NCBI RefSeq assembly: GCF_004010195.1 | Contig: NC_057719.1 | Coordinates: 79,283,678 to 79,347,677 of the forward strand | Reading direction: 5' to 3' | Length of the DNA: 64,000 bases | From: Chiloscyllium plagiosum | Lineage: Eukaryota | Shown: piece after piece, positions 11,316-23,190 of the stretch | How the letters are laid out: each line of letters starts with the position of its first letter | Numbering within the stretch: the first letter of the stretch is position 1 | Made by a program: the position numbers and the translations under genes | The notes under the pieces: model-generated | The model's input: only the letters and a program-made list of their open reading frames with translations | Databases searched by the model: none | What the model was told of the DNA's origin: nothing

Positions 11316-11975
11316 TATTCGTAACAGGGCAGATAATCTAAAGGCACAAAGAGATACACAGGGGCATGATCTAATTGCCATTCCAGAAACATTGCTGCAT
11401 AGTGACTGGGAACTGAATCTTCAAGGATTTTCAGCATTTGGAAAGGGCAGGCTAGAAGGGAAAGAATATAGGGTGGGGTGAGTACATCACTAAGGGAAGA
11501 TCTCCGCTCAAGAGTGTGGAGACTGTTTGGGTGGAACTAAGAAACAGCAAGGAATTACAGATGATGGTTATTTATAGGTCATGAAATAGCAGTGGTACAT
11601 GGTATTAATCAAGAGATGAAACAAGCATGTAACATGTGTAACACAGTTATCATGGGTGACTTCAATCTACATATAGACTGCTTAAACCAAATGAACACTA
11701 AATATGTGGAGGATAAGATTCAAGAGTGTGTTAGGGATGGTTTTCTAGAACAGTATAGTGGCGAACAATCTCGAGGACATGGTATTTTAAATCTAATACT
11801 ATGTGATACAAAAGAGTTAATTAACAATCTGGTGACTGAAAAATCTTTAGGAATGAGTGCCCACAATATAGTCATGTTTTACGTTGTGTTTGAAAGTGAG
11901 GTAGTTCAATCTGAAACAATAGTGTTAAGGAAATTATGAAGGCACAAAATTCAAATTGGCTGAGATAGATTGGGG

Positions 11976-12317
11976 AGAAAGTGAGGTCTGCAGATGCTGG
12001 AGATCAGAGCTGAAAATGTGTTGCTGGAAAAGCGCAGCAGGTCAGGCAGCATCCAGGGAACAGGAGAATCGACGTTTCGGGCATAAGCCCTTCTTCAGGA
12101 ATGAGGAAAGTGTGTCCAGCAGGCTAAGATAAAAGGTCGGGAGGAGGGACTTGGGGAGGGGCATCGGAAATGTGATAGGTGGAAAGAGGTCAAGGTGAGG
12201 GTGATAGGTCAGACTGGGGTGGGGGCGGAGAGCCTGCTGGACAAACTTTCCTCATTCCTGAAGAAGGGCTTATGCCCGAAACGTCGATTCTCCTGTTCCC
12301 TGGATGCTGCCTGACCT
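11976..12317. mobile_element. Penelope-like family A inverted element with two hammerhead cores (minus 12067-12102, plus 12254-12289)
   Basis: attc CTGAAGA a gggc ttat gccc GAAA cg TC gatt on both strands; perfect 17-bp TSD gctgagatagattgggg at 11959-11975 and 12318-12334. Confidence 0.85.
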
Positions 12318-14014
12318 GCTGAGATAGATTGGGGCAATACGTGAAAAGATCTGACTGTAAATAGGCAATGGATAGTCTTTAAAGAACTATTCTACGACTC
12401 ATAATATATACACATCCCCGCAAGATGCAAAAACATTTTAAAAAGTCAATTGCAGCTAATGAAGGATGTTCAGAATTAAATAAGAATAAAAAAACCAATT
12501 AAGTTATCAGAATGTACAGTAAATCTGAAGATTAGGAAGTTTTTAAAAGATGGCAAAGGAGGATAAAGAAACTAATCACTAAAGGGACCATAGAATGTGC
12601 ATGTACTCTAGCAACAAATATGAAAACCAATTGTAAAAGCTTCCATAGGTATGTAAAAGGGATTGTTCAGCTAAAACAAATGTAGTTTAGTTACAGGCAG
12701 ATTCAGGAGAATATATTGTGGGTAATAGAGAAAAGGCAGAGAAGCTAAATGATTACTTTGCATCTGTTTTTCATTGAGGTATATACAAAAGAAATTCCCA
12801 GAATGAGAGAATCAAGTGGCTAGGGAGAATGAGGAGTTGAAGGAAATTAGTATTTGTAAAAGTATTGTGCTGAAAGTTAAAGGGGTTGAAAGTTAATAAA
12901 TCCCCAGGACCTAATAGTCCACAACCCAGAGTGTTTCATGATGTGGACATTTGAGAAAGCATTGGTGTTTGTCCTCCAAAATTCAATACTTTCTGGAATG
13001 ATTCCTGTGGATTGGAAGATAATAAGTGTCACCCTACTATTTAAGAAGAGAGTTGGAAGGTAAATGGGAGCTACAGACCTGTTTGCCTTACATCAGTAAT
13101 AGGCAAAATATTAGAATAGATTATGAAATAAATAGACTGAATAATAAATTAGATAATAATGATCTGATTGGACTTAAACACTATAGACTTGCAAATGAGA
13201 ATCTGTTGGGGTGTTACTAGACAATATTATTAACAGAATTGATAAAGGAGATGATGGATATAGTATACTTAGACTTTTAGAAGGCTTTGATAATGTCCCC
13301 ACAAAAGACTGATGAGAAGAATTAAAGCACATAGGAGGTGCATGGCTTAATGATTAGTTAAGAAACAGAAAACTGAGAGTAGGAATAAATGGGTGATTTT
13401 CATGTTGATAAGTTGTGACCAGTGGGGTACTGCAAGGATTTGAACATCTGTCTCAGCTGTTCAAAATGTATACCAATGATTTGGATTTCCAAAGTTTTGG
13501 ATGTTATGAAGCTAAGTAGGAATTTGTGCTGTAAGGAAGATTCAAAATGATTTGGACAGGCTTAGTGAATGAGCAAGAACATGATAGATGGAATGTAATT
13601 TAGAAAACTGAGTTTATCCACTTTGGTAGGAGGAACAGATGTGTAGAGTATTTCTCAAATAGAAAGAGTTTAGAAAGTGCAAATGTACAAGGGACCTAGT
13701 GTCTTTGTTGATAGATTACTGAGGGCTAATCGTCCTACAATAAAGACTAACATTCCTTTAGTGTTCCTGAGAGCTTACTGCACCTAATGCAGTAAGCTCT
13801 GGGAAGACAAATGGAATGTTGGCTTTATTGTAAGACAATTTGAATACAGGAATATTGAAGTCTTACTTCAGTTGTAGAGGTGTTTGTTTAAACCACACCT
13901 CACGCACTGTGTGTACTTTTGTTCTTCTTTAATCAAGAAAAATATTATCATCATGGATAGAGTGCAACAAAGTTCACCAGATTAGATCCTGGGATGGTGG
14001 GATTGTCCTAAGAA

Positions 14015-14215
14015 GGAAGTGGTGGATGTGAGTACAGTTACAATGTTACAACATTTAGAAGATATTTGCATAAGTACACAAATAAGAAATGTTTGGAGAG
14101 ATATGAGCCAAGTGCAGAGGCAGGTGAGACTAGTTTAGTTTAGGGTTATGGAGGGCCTAGACTGGTTGAATCGAAGGGTCTGTTCGCATGCTGTATGACT
14201 ATAAATCTATGACTC
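14015..14215 (+). mobile_element. CR1 3' end fragment
   Basis: gaagtggtggatg..gaagggtctgttcgcatgctgtatgactata. Confidence 0.75.
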
Positions 14216-14530
14216 TACTGTGGCAGTGCTGAATTATTGGAGATGCAATGGTTTGGATGAGATGTCAAACCAAGGCCCATCTAGATTCATGGGTGGATTT
14301 AAAAAGTCCCACAGCACAGAAGAGAGTCAATCTTCATGTTTTGGAGGTGACAATCGGGTCCATGATTTCCTCATTATCCCATAGTTTTATTCTATTGGGG
14401 AATTGCTTAAATTAGTTGCTGTGTTTCCTATAGTGCAACTATGTGCACGCTTTGAAAGTAGTTCCTTGGCTATAAAACATTTTGGGATGTCCGAAGATGA
14501 TGAAAGACGCTATACAAATACAAACCTGCC
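14216..14530 (+). mobile_element. DeuSINE (SacSINE1-like)
   Basis: ggatgagatgtcaaaccaaggccc..cattttgggatgtcc..tgaaagacgctatacaaatac. Confidence 0.65.
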
Positions 14531-14617
14531 TTTCCTATGGTTTGAGTGACTTGAGATCCAAAAATCCAGCTGTTGTTGATACGTGGAATAGCAGTTCCTT
14601 AGTCAGCTGACTGAATT

Positions 14618-14951
14618 CATAGAATCCCTACTGTGTGGAAACAGGACATTTGGTCCAACAAACTGATCCTCTGAAGAGTATCCCATTCCCCTACCCTATT
14701 ATTTTACATTTCCCCTCACTAATGTTCCAAGCATACATATCCCTGAACACTATGGACAATTTAACATGGCCAATTCACTTAACCTGCACATCTTTGGACT
14801 GTGGGAGGAAACCGGAGCACCCTGAGGAAACCCGCGCAAACACAGGGAGAAAATGCAAATTCCACACAGACAGTCGCCTGAGGCTGGAATTGAATACTGG
14901 TTCCTGGCGCTGTGAGGCAGCAGTGCTAACCACTGAGACGTCGCACCACCC
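14618..14951 (-). mobile_element. HE1 SINE
   Basis: Reverse HE1 head, core and tail. Confidence 0.92.
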
Positions 14952-15294
14952 TGCAATTGAATACAATGGGATGGTACAAGTATATTCGTTATGAGGTAAG
15001 TTGCCTTAAGTCCTTCAAGGGGTCACCCTAAAATCTGTCTCTTGTTTCCATAGTGAGGTCTCAGTTAACTCCACGCTGGCATGCTTGAGGGTTCTCCTGA
15101 TTCTGCGAAGGAGGCTCCCATTGTGGAAGGTCAGTTCTTGCCTTTTTGTTAATTTTACTGTTACATAGAATGACAGAATTAACAGCAGAGGAATGCACCA
15201 TTTAGCCTGATGGGTCTGTGAATGTGTCTGTACTCTGTACAGACCTCCTCCCACTTTACTTCACCATAACCCATCAGCATATCATTGATATAGT

Positions 15295-15530
15295 AGTAGA
15301 GTGGTTATGTAAACCAGAAGCCTAGAGGCATGTGTTTAAATCCCACCATGGCCTGTGAGAATTTAAATCTAATTAATTGAATAATCTGAAATTAAAATCT
15401 AGCATTGCTAATAGTGAAACTGCTGTATTTTTCCTTTAAAAGAATGTTTCAATGGTTAAGGAAACCTGCTTTTCTGACCTTACATGAGATTCCCAATCTA
15501 CAGCAGTGTGAATAACTGCAATGCCCTCGC
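15295..15530 (+). mobile_element. tRNA-derived SINE of a second family (other copies ~33670-33875 minus, ~59603-59762 plus)
   Basis: aaatcccaccatggc..gaatttaaat..aataatctg..aaggaaacctgc, shared with the other copies. Confidence 0.55.
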
Positions 15531-15879
15531 CCATTTGCATCCAACTATTTCAGAGGAGCACAGCAAGAATAAATCCAAACGAAAATACACTAACGTGACA
15601 AGAGCCAGTCAGTCCAGGTGAATGCTGCAGAGTCTTTCATATTGTAATGTTTGTGGGCCTGTACCAAACTTGGGAGAACCATCCCACAGGCTATATTTTA
15701 ATGGAAACAAATTTTCAGTTCACAGCAATTGTAGGTTTCGTGTTCCTCTTGGGGATAAGCCGACTGAACATGGATGCTCTCAACATCCACTGAATGGAAA
15801 TGACTAGCTCCCAAATCAGGAAACTCCTCTATGCCAAATACATAACCAGGCTGGTACAGGCATCTGGAAAGCTAGCAGA

Positions 15880-16470
15880 ATGTTATGATTTACAAAGAGG
15901 AAATTGAGTACAGAAGTTGTGTTTCAGTTACGTGGGGCCACATCTCGATTACTGTGCACAGCATTGCTCTCCTTACTTAACGAAGGATTTACATGTGTTG
16001 GTGGCAGTCCAGAGCAAATATATCCGACTAAAACCTTAAATGGACTGGTTGGTTCCTGAGGAAATGTTGGACGGCCTAGGGTTGAATCTGTTGGAGGTTA
16101 GAAGTGTAAGAGGTGATTTAATTGAACCACATAAAATCCTGAGGGTCATGACAGGGTGGATGTGGAGAAGATGTTTCCACAGAAGAGAGAAACTAGAACT
16201 CAAAGCCATTGTTTAAAACTTAGGGGTTGGCCATTTAAAACACAGATATTATTTTTCAGAAAGTCTCTTCCTGAAAGGTCAGTGAAATCAGAGGCTTTGA
16301 ATATTTTTAAGGGAGAGCTAGATAGATTCTTAGTGTGCAAGAGGGGGGAATGGGTGAAAAGTTATCAGGAGTAGTCAAGAATGTGGGTTTGAGGTTACAA
16401 ACAGATTAGCCATAATTTTGTTGAATAGCAGAACAGCCTCTAGGGGCTGAATAGCCTACTCCTAATCTGT
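15880..16470 (+). mobile_element. Old CR1 3' fragment
   Basis: Decayed PHLDYCAQ, VRGDLIE and RVDVEKMFP; 3' UTR gggctgaatagcctactcct. Confidence 0.8.
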
Positions 16471-16797
16471 ATATCATATTATTGCTGAGGGAAGTGAGTG
16501 GGACACTCCCCATGTATCTGAATAAATGGATTGCTACTCCCAGACCTGCTCCACCTGGAGAATACAGTTGTATTAGTCTTCCTGCTGGGAAAGAGCTGAA
16601 TGTTTCCTCCTGTGGGCAGTGATTTACCCATGGTAATATTCATTCCAGGGTGTCACACAGGACAGGAGTCTCACTGGTCAGCCTCCTGTCATTGTCATCA
16701 GAAACTCCCAGGAGGAGAACAGACACAATGCTTCACACTGCAACAGTGACCCAGTCAATCCTGCTGTAGAACACTGCCTTGCCTCAGGCCCCAGACC

Positions 16798-17767
16798 TGT
16801 AGCAAAATGTGTCCAAGAGGACAGTCTCAGGGAGGTTTAAACTCCCTTCAAATATATGAAGCAAGATTCAGCCAGCATCAGGTAGCTGATTGGTTAGAGG
16901 CGTGGTGACCAATTAGCGATGACAAAAGCTGGCAGCTTGCCAACAACTATGTAATTGGCTCCCAGGTAGCTTCACAGCTTGTGGGGGGTGAGCGATATTG
17001 CCGGAAGCCTGTGGACCTCTGAAAGAGGAAGGTGTCTGTATCTCTGCATCAGAAAATGCCTGAAGAAAGCCAGCTATCTCCTCTCACCTGTTGCTGTAAG
17101 CTATTGCTTTTGACCAATAAAGTCAGAGTCTTTATAATTTGTGAATGAGTCACTGAGTCTCTTGAAGGAAGTGACAAGTACCTAGATAAGGGAAATTAAA
17201 GTACAAGATGTCCCAACAAGCAGAAGGATCCTCTCAGCAACTGTTGTGGACAAGGGTCATTGAACGGCCTTCCCAATTTTTCTGTTACCAAAACACCAAT
17301 TTTTTTGTCTCATATGTACATATATCTTTACATGCATGTAGGGGGAACGATTAGACACTTGAGTTATATGTTGACAGTTTACAGCTGTTTACTGATTGCT
17401 AGAATCTATTTATTTATAGTAAATAATAGCTCTCACTAAGTGCAGCAATCTAATTTGTGCTTTCTGTTAACCTGGATCTAAAAATCAGGTTTGTCTCATA
17501 TGTACATATATCTTTACATGCATGTAGGGGGAACGATTAGACACTTGAGTTATATGTTGACAGTTTACAGCTGCAGACCTCATTTTCTCTTCTATTTATT
17601 TATAGTAAATAATAGCTCTTACTAAATGCAGCAATCTAATTTGTGCTTTCTATTAACCTGGATCTAAAAATCAGGCTTGTGTACTTTAATGCTATCTTTA
17701 ACTTTTGTGATGACTCTGAGGTTAGTGAGGTTTAACTTCTGGTATGCTGCCCCAGTGAGACCTGAGA
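16798..17767 (+). mobile_element. Possible solo LTR containing a 186-bp tandem duplication
   Basis: Starts TGTAGCA; attgg/ccaat boxes and AATAAA at ~17116; non-coding; family not identified. Confidence 0.3.
17304..17675. repeat. Tandem duplication, 2 x 186 bp
   Basis: 17304-17489 vs 17490-17675: first 84 bp identical, a 17-nt block differs, 3 substitutions in the last 85 bp. Confidence 0.95.
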
Positions 17768-18049
17768 GATTGCTTGAAAATGTACATGTGAGAAAGTGCC
17801 TTGATTAAGAATGACCAAGAAAAGGTGCTGAATGTCCTTGAGAGCCCTTACTTAAAATAAAAATAAAAATTGCTGGACAAACGCAGTAGGCCTGGCAGCA
17901 GAATTCACATTCTGTGGCTGGTATGAGCTTTCTTCATTGTTCCTCAGGGCTGTGTGAAGCCTAGCAATCCAGCCAGCAGGAGGCTGAGAAATCAGGCTTT
18001 TACCAACCATGCCCACTTTCCATAAATGGCTTAAAATCAGATCTCGCAT

Positions 18050-18155
18050 ATGCACACACACATTTAGACTTACACACTCACACACACACTTCTACACATG
18101 CGTGCATGCACACATCTATTTACACACACACTCACTCTCACACTCTCACCCACAC
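18050..18155. repeat. CA-rich imperfect microsatellite
   Basis: Seen directly. Confidence 0.9.
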
Positions 18156-18346
18156 AAGGATTGTATACCTCAAACTCAAGGTGGAGAGCAGGGCTGGAGG
18201 TAGAGGTGGGAATGGTGTATTCTTTGTGAGTGTACCATGAGTGACTGTAGTCATGAGCTGCTGCACCAATGTAACCTGGACAGCAAGCAGTGTCACACTA
18301 GACAAACAGTGGCTGGGTGCATTCTGAAAACTGATTTGGCTGGAGC

Positions 18347-18660
18347 TTAGATTAGATTACTTACATTGCGGAAACAGGCCCTTCGGCCCAAGAAGTCCAC
18401 ACCGACCCGCCGAAGCGCGCCCACCAAGACCCATTCCCCTATGTTTACCCCTGCACCTAACACTACGGGCAATTTAGCATGGCCAATTCACCTGACCTGC
18501 ACATTTTTGGATTGTGGGAGGAAACCGGAGCACCCGGAGGAAACCCACGCAGACACGGGGAGAATGTGCAAACTCCACACAGTCACCTGAGGTGGGAATT
18601 GAACCCGGGTCTCTGGCGCTGTGAGGCAGCAGTGTTAACCATTGTGCCACCGTGCCACCC
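18347..18660 (-). mobile_element. HE1 SINE (young)
   Basis: Near-consensus, CpGs retained. Confidence 0.95.
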
Positions 18661-18719
18661 ATAGCTTTCCATCTGAAACTCACTGCACGTGACTGCAGAC
18701 ATCCTGCCCTGTTTCGACT

Positions 18720-19195
18720 CCATGATCCTTTGATCCAGTTTGTCCATCCCGACCAGATATCCTCAATTAACCTAGTCCCATTTGTCAGCAGGTGGTCCAT
18801 ATCCCTCTAAACCCTTCCTAAGTACACATCCAGATGCCTTTTAAATGTTGTAATTGTATCAGCCTTCACCTTCTCCTCTGGCAGTTCATTCCGTATGTCC
18901 GCCACCCTCTTCATGAAAGGGTTGCCACTCAGGTCCCTTTTAAATCTTTCCCCTCCCACCTTAAACCTATGCCCTTTAGTTCTGGACTCCCCTACCCTGG
19001 GAAAAAGACCTTAGCTATTCACCTTATCCATTTCCTTCATAATTTTGTAAACCTCTATAAGGTCACCTCTCAACCTCCGATGCTCCAGGGAAAACAGTCC
19101 CAGCCTCTTCAGCCTCTCCTGTAAGTCAAACCCTCCAACCCTGACAACATCCTTGTAAATCTTTTCTGAACCCTTTCAAGTTTCACAACATCCTT
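18720..19195 (-). mobile_element. CR1/HER1-type LINE 3' fragment
   Basis: Reverse of RT C-terminus (cagaaaagatttacaaggatgttg..ggaatgaactgccagagg) and 3' UTR. Confidence 0.9.
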
Positions 19196-19287
19196 TCTTT
19201 CTTCCCCACAGGAGGTATCCTTATAGTGAGACATGTGAATGAGTTATGGCTGCAATCTGGCCTGAGAGTTTTGATTTATTTTTAAAA

Positions 19288-19582
19288 TTAGATTCTCTAC
19301 ATGGAAACAGGCCCTTCGGCCCAACAAGTCCACACCGACCCTCTGAAGAGTGACCCTCCGAAGAGTAATCCACCCATTTCCCTCTGACTAATGCACTTAA
19401 CACTACGGGCAATTTAGCATGGCCAATTCACCTGACCTGCACATTTTTGGATTGCAGGAGGAAACCGGAGCTCCGGGGAGAAGGTGCAAACTCCACACAG
19501 GCAGTTGCCAGAGGTGGGAATTGAACCTGAGTCCCTAGTGCTGTGAGGCAGCAGTGCTAACCACTGAGCCACCATGTCACCC
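19288..19582 (-). mobile_element. HE1 SINE
   Basis: Reverse HE1. Confidence 0.92.
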
Positions 19583-19692
19583 ATTCTTTTTCAGTTCCAC
19601 CTCAGGCATTGACCTGTATCAGTTGGTGCCCATCTGCTGCTCACTGATATTACCAATTCCTTTATGAGGAAGGGAGTTTCCTGACTAGGGTC

Positions 19693-19825
19693 ATGGAGTC
19701 ATTAAGCATGGAAACAGACCCTTCAGCCCAAATCATCCAGTTTTCCCAAATTAAATTGGTCCCATTTGCATGTGTTTGTTCCATATTCCTCCAAACTTTT
19801 CCTGTTCACATACCTGTCCAAATGT
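19693..19825 (-). mobile_element. CR1 3' UTR fragment
   Basis: agcatggaaacagacccttcagccc..ccatattcctccaaac. Confidence 0.7.
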
Positions 19826-19917
19826 CTGAAGAAGGGCCTGTGCCCGAAACGTCGAATCTCCTGTTCCCTGGATGCTGCCTGACCTGCTGTGCTGTTCCAG
19901 CAATAAAGTTTCAACTA
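19826..19917 (+). mobile_element. Penelope-like family A fragment starting at hammerhead core
   Basis: CTGAAGA a gggc ctgt gccc GAAA cg TC gaat followed by family A body. Confidence 0.75.
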
Positions 19918-20270
19918 TTGAATAGTGATGCCAAGTCATTGAGTGCCACACTTGCCCTCGGTTGATGTCTTTCCCCTTCCTCTACCCAGCAAGTAACCCA
20001 AGGAGAGTACACTCATCTGTGGCCCTAGTTGATGCACTTTGCTCCCTTTTTAAAGTGCCCTTAGGAGTCACTGAGGAAGCTGCTTTCGAGAGTCTGAAGG
20101 GATGGCTCCCACCACCAACTGGCATTGTCGATAAAGACAAACTTCTCCGAAAATGGAATCCTGGGAATCCCTTACTCCTAAGACAAGCTGGGGATGTTAT
20201 AATTTAAATTGCAAAATGAACAGTTAACTCACAGAAGCCCCTTTCGACAAGATTCAGGAGGATGTGTGTG

Positions 20271-20593
20271 CCTACAGTGTGGAAGCAGACCATTCAGCCC
20301 ATCAAGTCCATGTCGATCCTCTGAAGATCATTGCACCCAGACTCACTCTAGCCCTGTAACCACACATTTCCCATGGCTAACCCACTTAACCCCTGGACAC
20401 TATGGCAGATTTAGCATGGCCAATCCACCTAACCTCTGCACATCTTTGGACTGTGGAAGGGAACCGAAGCACCCTGAGGAAATCCACATGGACACGGGGA
20501 GAATGTGCAAACTCCACACTGACAGTCACCCAAGGGTGGAATCGAATCCGGGCACTGTGAGGCAGCAGTGCTAACCATTGAGCCACCGTACCA
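20271..20593 (-). mobile_element. HE1 SINE
   Basis: Reverse HE1. Confidence 0.9.
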
Positions 20594-20904
20594 ACCTAAG
20601 ACATAGTGCTCTGCTGAACTTGACATGGAAAAGTTTAGTGGGTGTTGGTAGCAACTGAGACTGATCGGTGGACAGAGTCCTGTTCTGTTAACGGTCAATC
20701 CGACTGAGACTGGCCATTCCGTGAAGTTAGAAAGTGACTTCATAATCTGTCTCTATAGCTTTGTTTATTGCAATGAACTAAAAGCATCCTGAGGATTTGA
20801 GAAACAGCTGGCTGACATCTACCTAGAGATTACTCTGGGATCAGCAATAGAAGATTTTGAATGCTGGAAAACCGCAGTATTTTAATGATAGAAAACTCTT
20901 ATTT

Positions 20905-21070
20905 TTTTGCAATCACATGATGCTGTTTGTGGGACCTTGCTGTGCACAAGTTGGCTGTTGTTTCGGCATGACAGCAGTGACTATACAGTTCAAATGAACT
21001 TGACTGGCTGGAAATCATTTCCGATCACCCTGAGATAACTGAAGTTCATGTGCGAATGCAAGTCTTTCTT
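20905..21070 (+). mobile_element. DeuSINE 3' part
   Basis: gctgtttgtgggaccttgctgtgcacaagttggctg..aatgcaagtctttctt. Confidence 0.7.
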
Positions 21071-21452
21071 TAGACATTCTATGAGTAAAAGGCAAGAGGA
21101 AAATAGAGATCCGCATTGATATAGCACCTTTAATTTATTCAGGAGTCCCAGAGTGATTTATAGGGGAACGCCACCACCTGAAAGTTGTCTTCCAAGCCAC
21201 ACAACACACGGACTTTGAAATATATCGCCATTCCTTCACTGTCACTGGATTAAAATCTTTGAATTCCCTACCTAACAGCACTGTTTGTCACGTACAGTGC
21301 ATGGATTGCAGTGATTCAAGAGGGCGGCTCAACATTACTTTCTCGAGGGTAACGAGGGATGTGCGATAACGTCATTTTCATAAAGTAACAAATGTGACAA
21401 TCAATTTGCACACAGCACGCCTTTACAAATGACCAGATCCTTTGTTTCGCTG

Positions 21453-21645
21453 GAAGCAAAAGCAGAAATTACCAGAAAAATTTCAGCAGGTCTGACATTA
21501 TCTGTGGAGAGAGAGCAGCAATTCAGAAGAAGGGTCACTGGATTCGAAATGCTAACACTGCTTTTCTTCACAGACCTGCTGAGCTTCTTCAGCCATGTCT
21601 GTTCTTGTTTCTGATTTCCAGCATGTGTGCAGTTCTTTGGTTTAT
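21453..21645. mobile_element. Penelope-like family C inverted element, degraded
   Basis: cagcaggtctg..tctgtggagagag vs cagacctgctgag; degenerate core cagaagaagggtcactggattcgaaatgcta. Confidence 0.55.
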
Positions 21646-21726
21646 ATTAATCTGTTTTATTGTGTTGATTTAAGAGACAAGTGTTGACCAGGACGCTGGG
21701 GCTAATTCCTCTGGTGTTTGAAATAG

Positions 21727-21768
21727 ATTAGATTAGATTAGATTACTTACAGTGTGGAAACAGGCCCT
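21727..21768 (-). mobile_element. 42-nt HE1/HER1 3'-tail insertion flanked by an 80-bp perfect direct repeat
   Basis: attagattagattagattacttacagtgtggaaacaggccct lies between identical 21647-21726 and 21769-21848. Confidence 0.9.
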
Positions 21769-21848
21769 TTAATCTGTTTTATTGTGTTGATTTAAGAGAC
21801 AAGTGTTGACCAGGACGCTGGGGCTAATTCCTCTGGTGTTTGAAATAG

Positions 21849-22055
21849 TGCCATCAGATTTTTACCATCCTTCCCCGAGAGGAATGACAGGGGCTCTGCT
21901 TAATTTCTCAGCTGGAGGACAGCACTTCTGCACTGCCTCAGAGTTGCACTGAAATGTCAGTCCATTTGTTGCTTTGTTTTGTTGATTTTGAGTCACACCT
22001 GAACCTGAAGCCTGCTGATTCAAGTCAAGAGTGTTACTGCTGACTGACTCTGCTG
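21849..22055 (-). mobile_element. DeuSINE 5' part
   Basis: tgccatcagattttt..gacagcacttctgcactgcc..ttgcactgaaatgtcag..gtcaagagtgttac. Confidence 0.65.
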
Positions 22056-22344
22056 GAAGGATACTTTCCCCATTCAAGGTGCTATGTAAATGTGAGTTGT
22101 AAACAGCAAAAGTTCAAGTTGATATTAATGCAGGGACTCTGATACAGCAATGACTGATTTGTAAGCTTCACAATGACTCTGATAATATTCCACGTTTACC
22201 AAAGCATTGGAGGTTTAGGTACTGCATCTGATCTATGGTAGATTCCTTGCTGTACATGTCTATGACTCTATCTCAACCATTGAAGGATTGGCAGACAGAA
22301 CTGAATGTAGCAAAAACTGACCTCTGCAAATACGTTATATCCAC

Positions 22345-22582
22345 CTGGCAACTCAGTGGTTAGCACTGCTGCCTCATGGTGCCAGGGACTCAGACTTGAT
22401 GCCCGTATGGAGTTTGCACATTCTCCCCGTGTCTGCGTGGGTTTCCTCCGTGGGCTCCAGATTCCCCTCACAGTCCAAAAATGAGCAGGTTAGGTGGGTT
22501 GGCCATGTTAAATTATCCCATGGTGTTCAGAGATGTGTAGGCTAGGTGGATTAGCCATGGGAAATGCAGGGTTACAGGGATG
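22345..22582 (+). mobile_element. HE1 SINE, 3' truncated
   Basis: ctcagtggttagcactgctgcctca..gagtttgcacattctccccgtgtctgcg. Confidence 0.88.
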
Positions 22583-22859
22583 GGGGGGGGGGTGGGGTAG
22601 CGGGGGTGGTGTGAATCAAGTCGTAGCCTTAATTGGAGGAGAAAATATTTGGCCTTTTCCCACCTCAGTGTTCCAGGAAAATGTAATTAGTGAGAGCACC
22701 ATTTGATTGTACAGTGTTAGCTGACGGGAGTTGTACATGGCACACCTCCTTTGCTTTTCTCCTTGATATGAAGTGCAGTATGAGTAGGAGTGATTCTGTC
22801 AGCAGTGTTGTTTCTTCTCTATCCTGTACCAATCTGCTTCAAGGAACCCAAATAATCTA

Positions 22860-22873
22860 GTTGCCATGGTAAC
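22860..22873. promoter_or_regulatory. RFX X-box motif
   Basis: GTTGCCATGGTAAC matches GTNRCC(N0-3)RGYAAC; further half-sites ggcaac (~22915-22920) and agcaac (~23049-23054) in unique DNA. Confidence 0.45.
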
Positions 22874-23066
22874 TGAGGAGGAGACACTACAGTTCAGGAT
22901 AGCTCATGCCCCGTGGCAACCAAAAAGATATCTTATTGGTCCATTGTAACTGTAGGTTGTGCCAAGGAGGGTTATCAGGCACGTTAACCCTCTCCCAACC
23001 TGAGATTAATCTCCCTTCTTCTCTTTTTTTTGAGTGCAATATGAGGTTAGCAACGTTGGTTTACAG

Positions 23067-23190
23067 GCTCCATGAACGACTGCTGAAGCTACTGTCCAAT
23101 ACCTTCATGGTTCCAGGACCTTTAGCTGTCGATGGACCATATAAATGGGGACCCAGCTCTCCAGCAGACTCAGACTTAATGCAGCAGTCG
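23067..23190 (+). other. Candidate exon (coding status unknown)
   Basis: tttacag|G acceptor and TCG|GTGAGT donor; one open frame LHERLLKLLSNTFMVPGPLAVDGPYKWGPSSPADSDLMQQS. Confidence 0.3.

Larger units (their letters stand above)
10780..14010 (+). mobile_element. Long decayed CR1 LINE (ORF1 end, APE endonuclease, RT), pseudogenised
   Basis: IAIPETLL and VIMGDFNLHID endonuclease motifs; KSPGPNSPQPRV, LFKKR, YLDF.KAFDNVP and GVLQG RT motifs; many stops and frameshifts. Confidence 0.9.

Noticed and set aside
15718..15793. Exon-like hydrophobic peptide FTAIVGFVFLLGISRLNMDALNIH*
   Set aside because: Short, no linked upstream exon or recognisable family; compatible with chance
19962..20207. EAAFESLK motif and ggggatgttat, reminiscent of a Gypsy RT-RNase H linker and PPT/LTR start
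   Set aside because: Single short motif; insufficient to call
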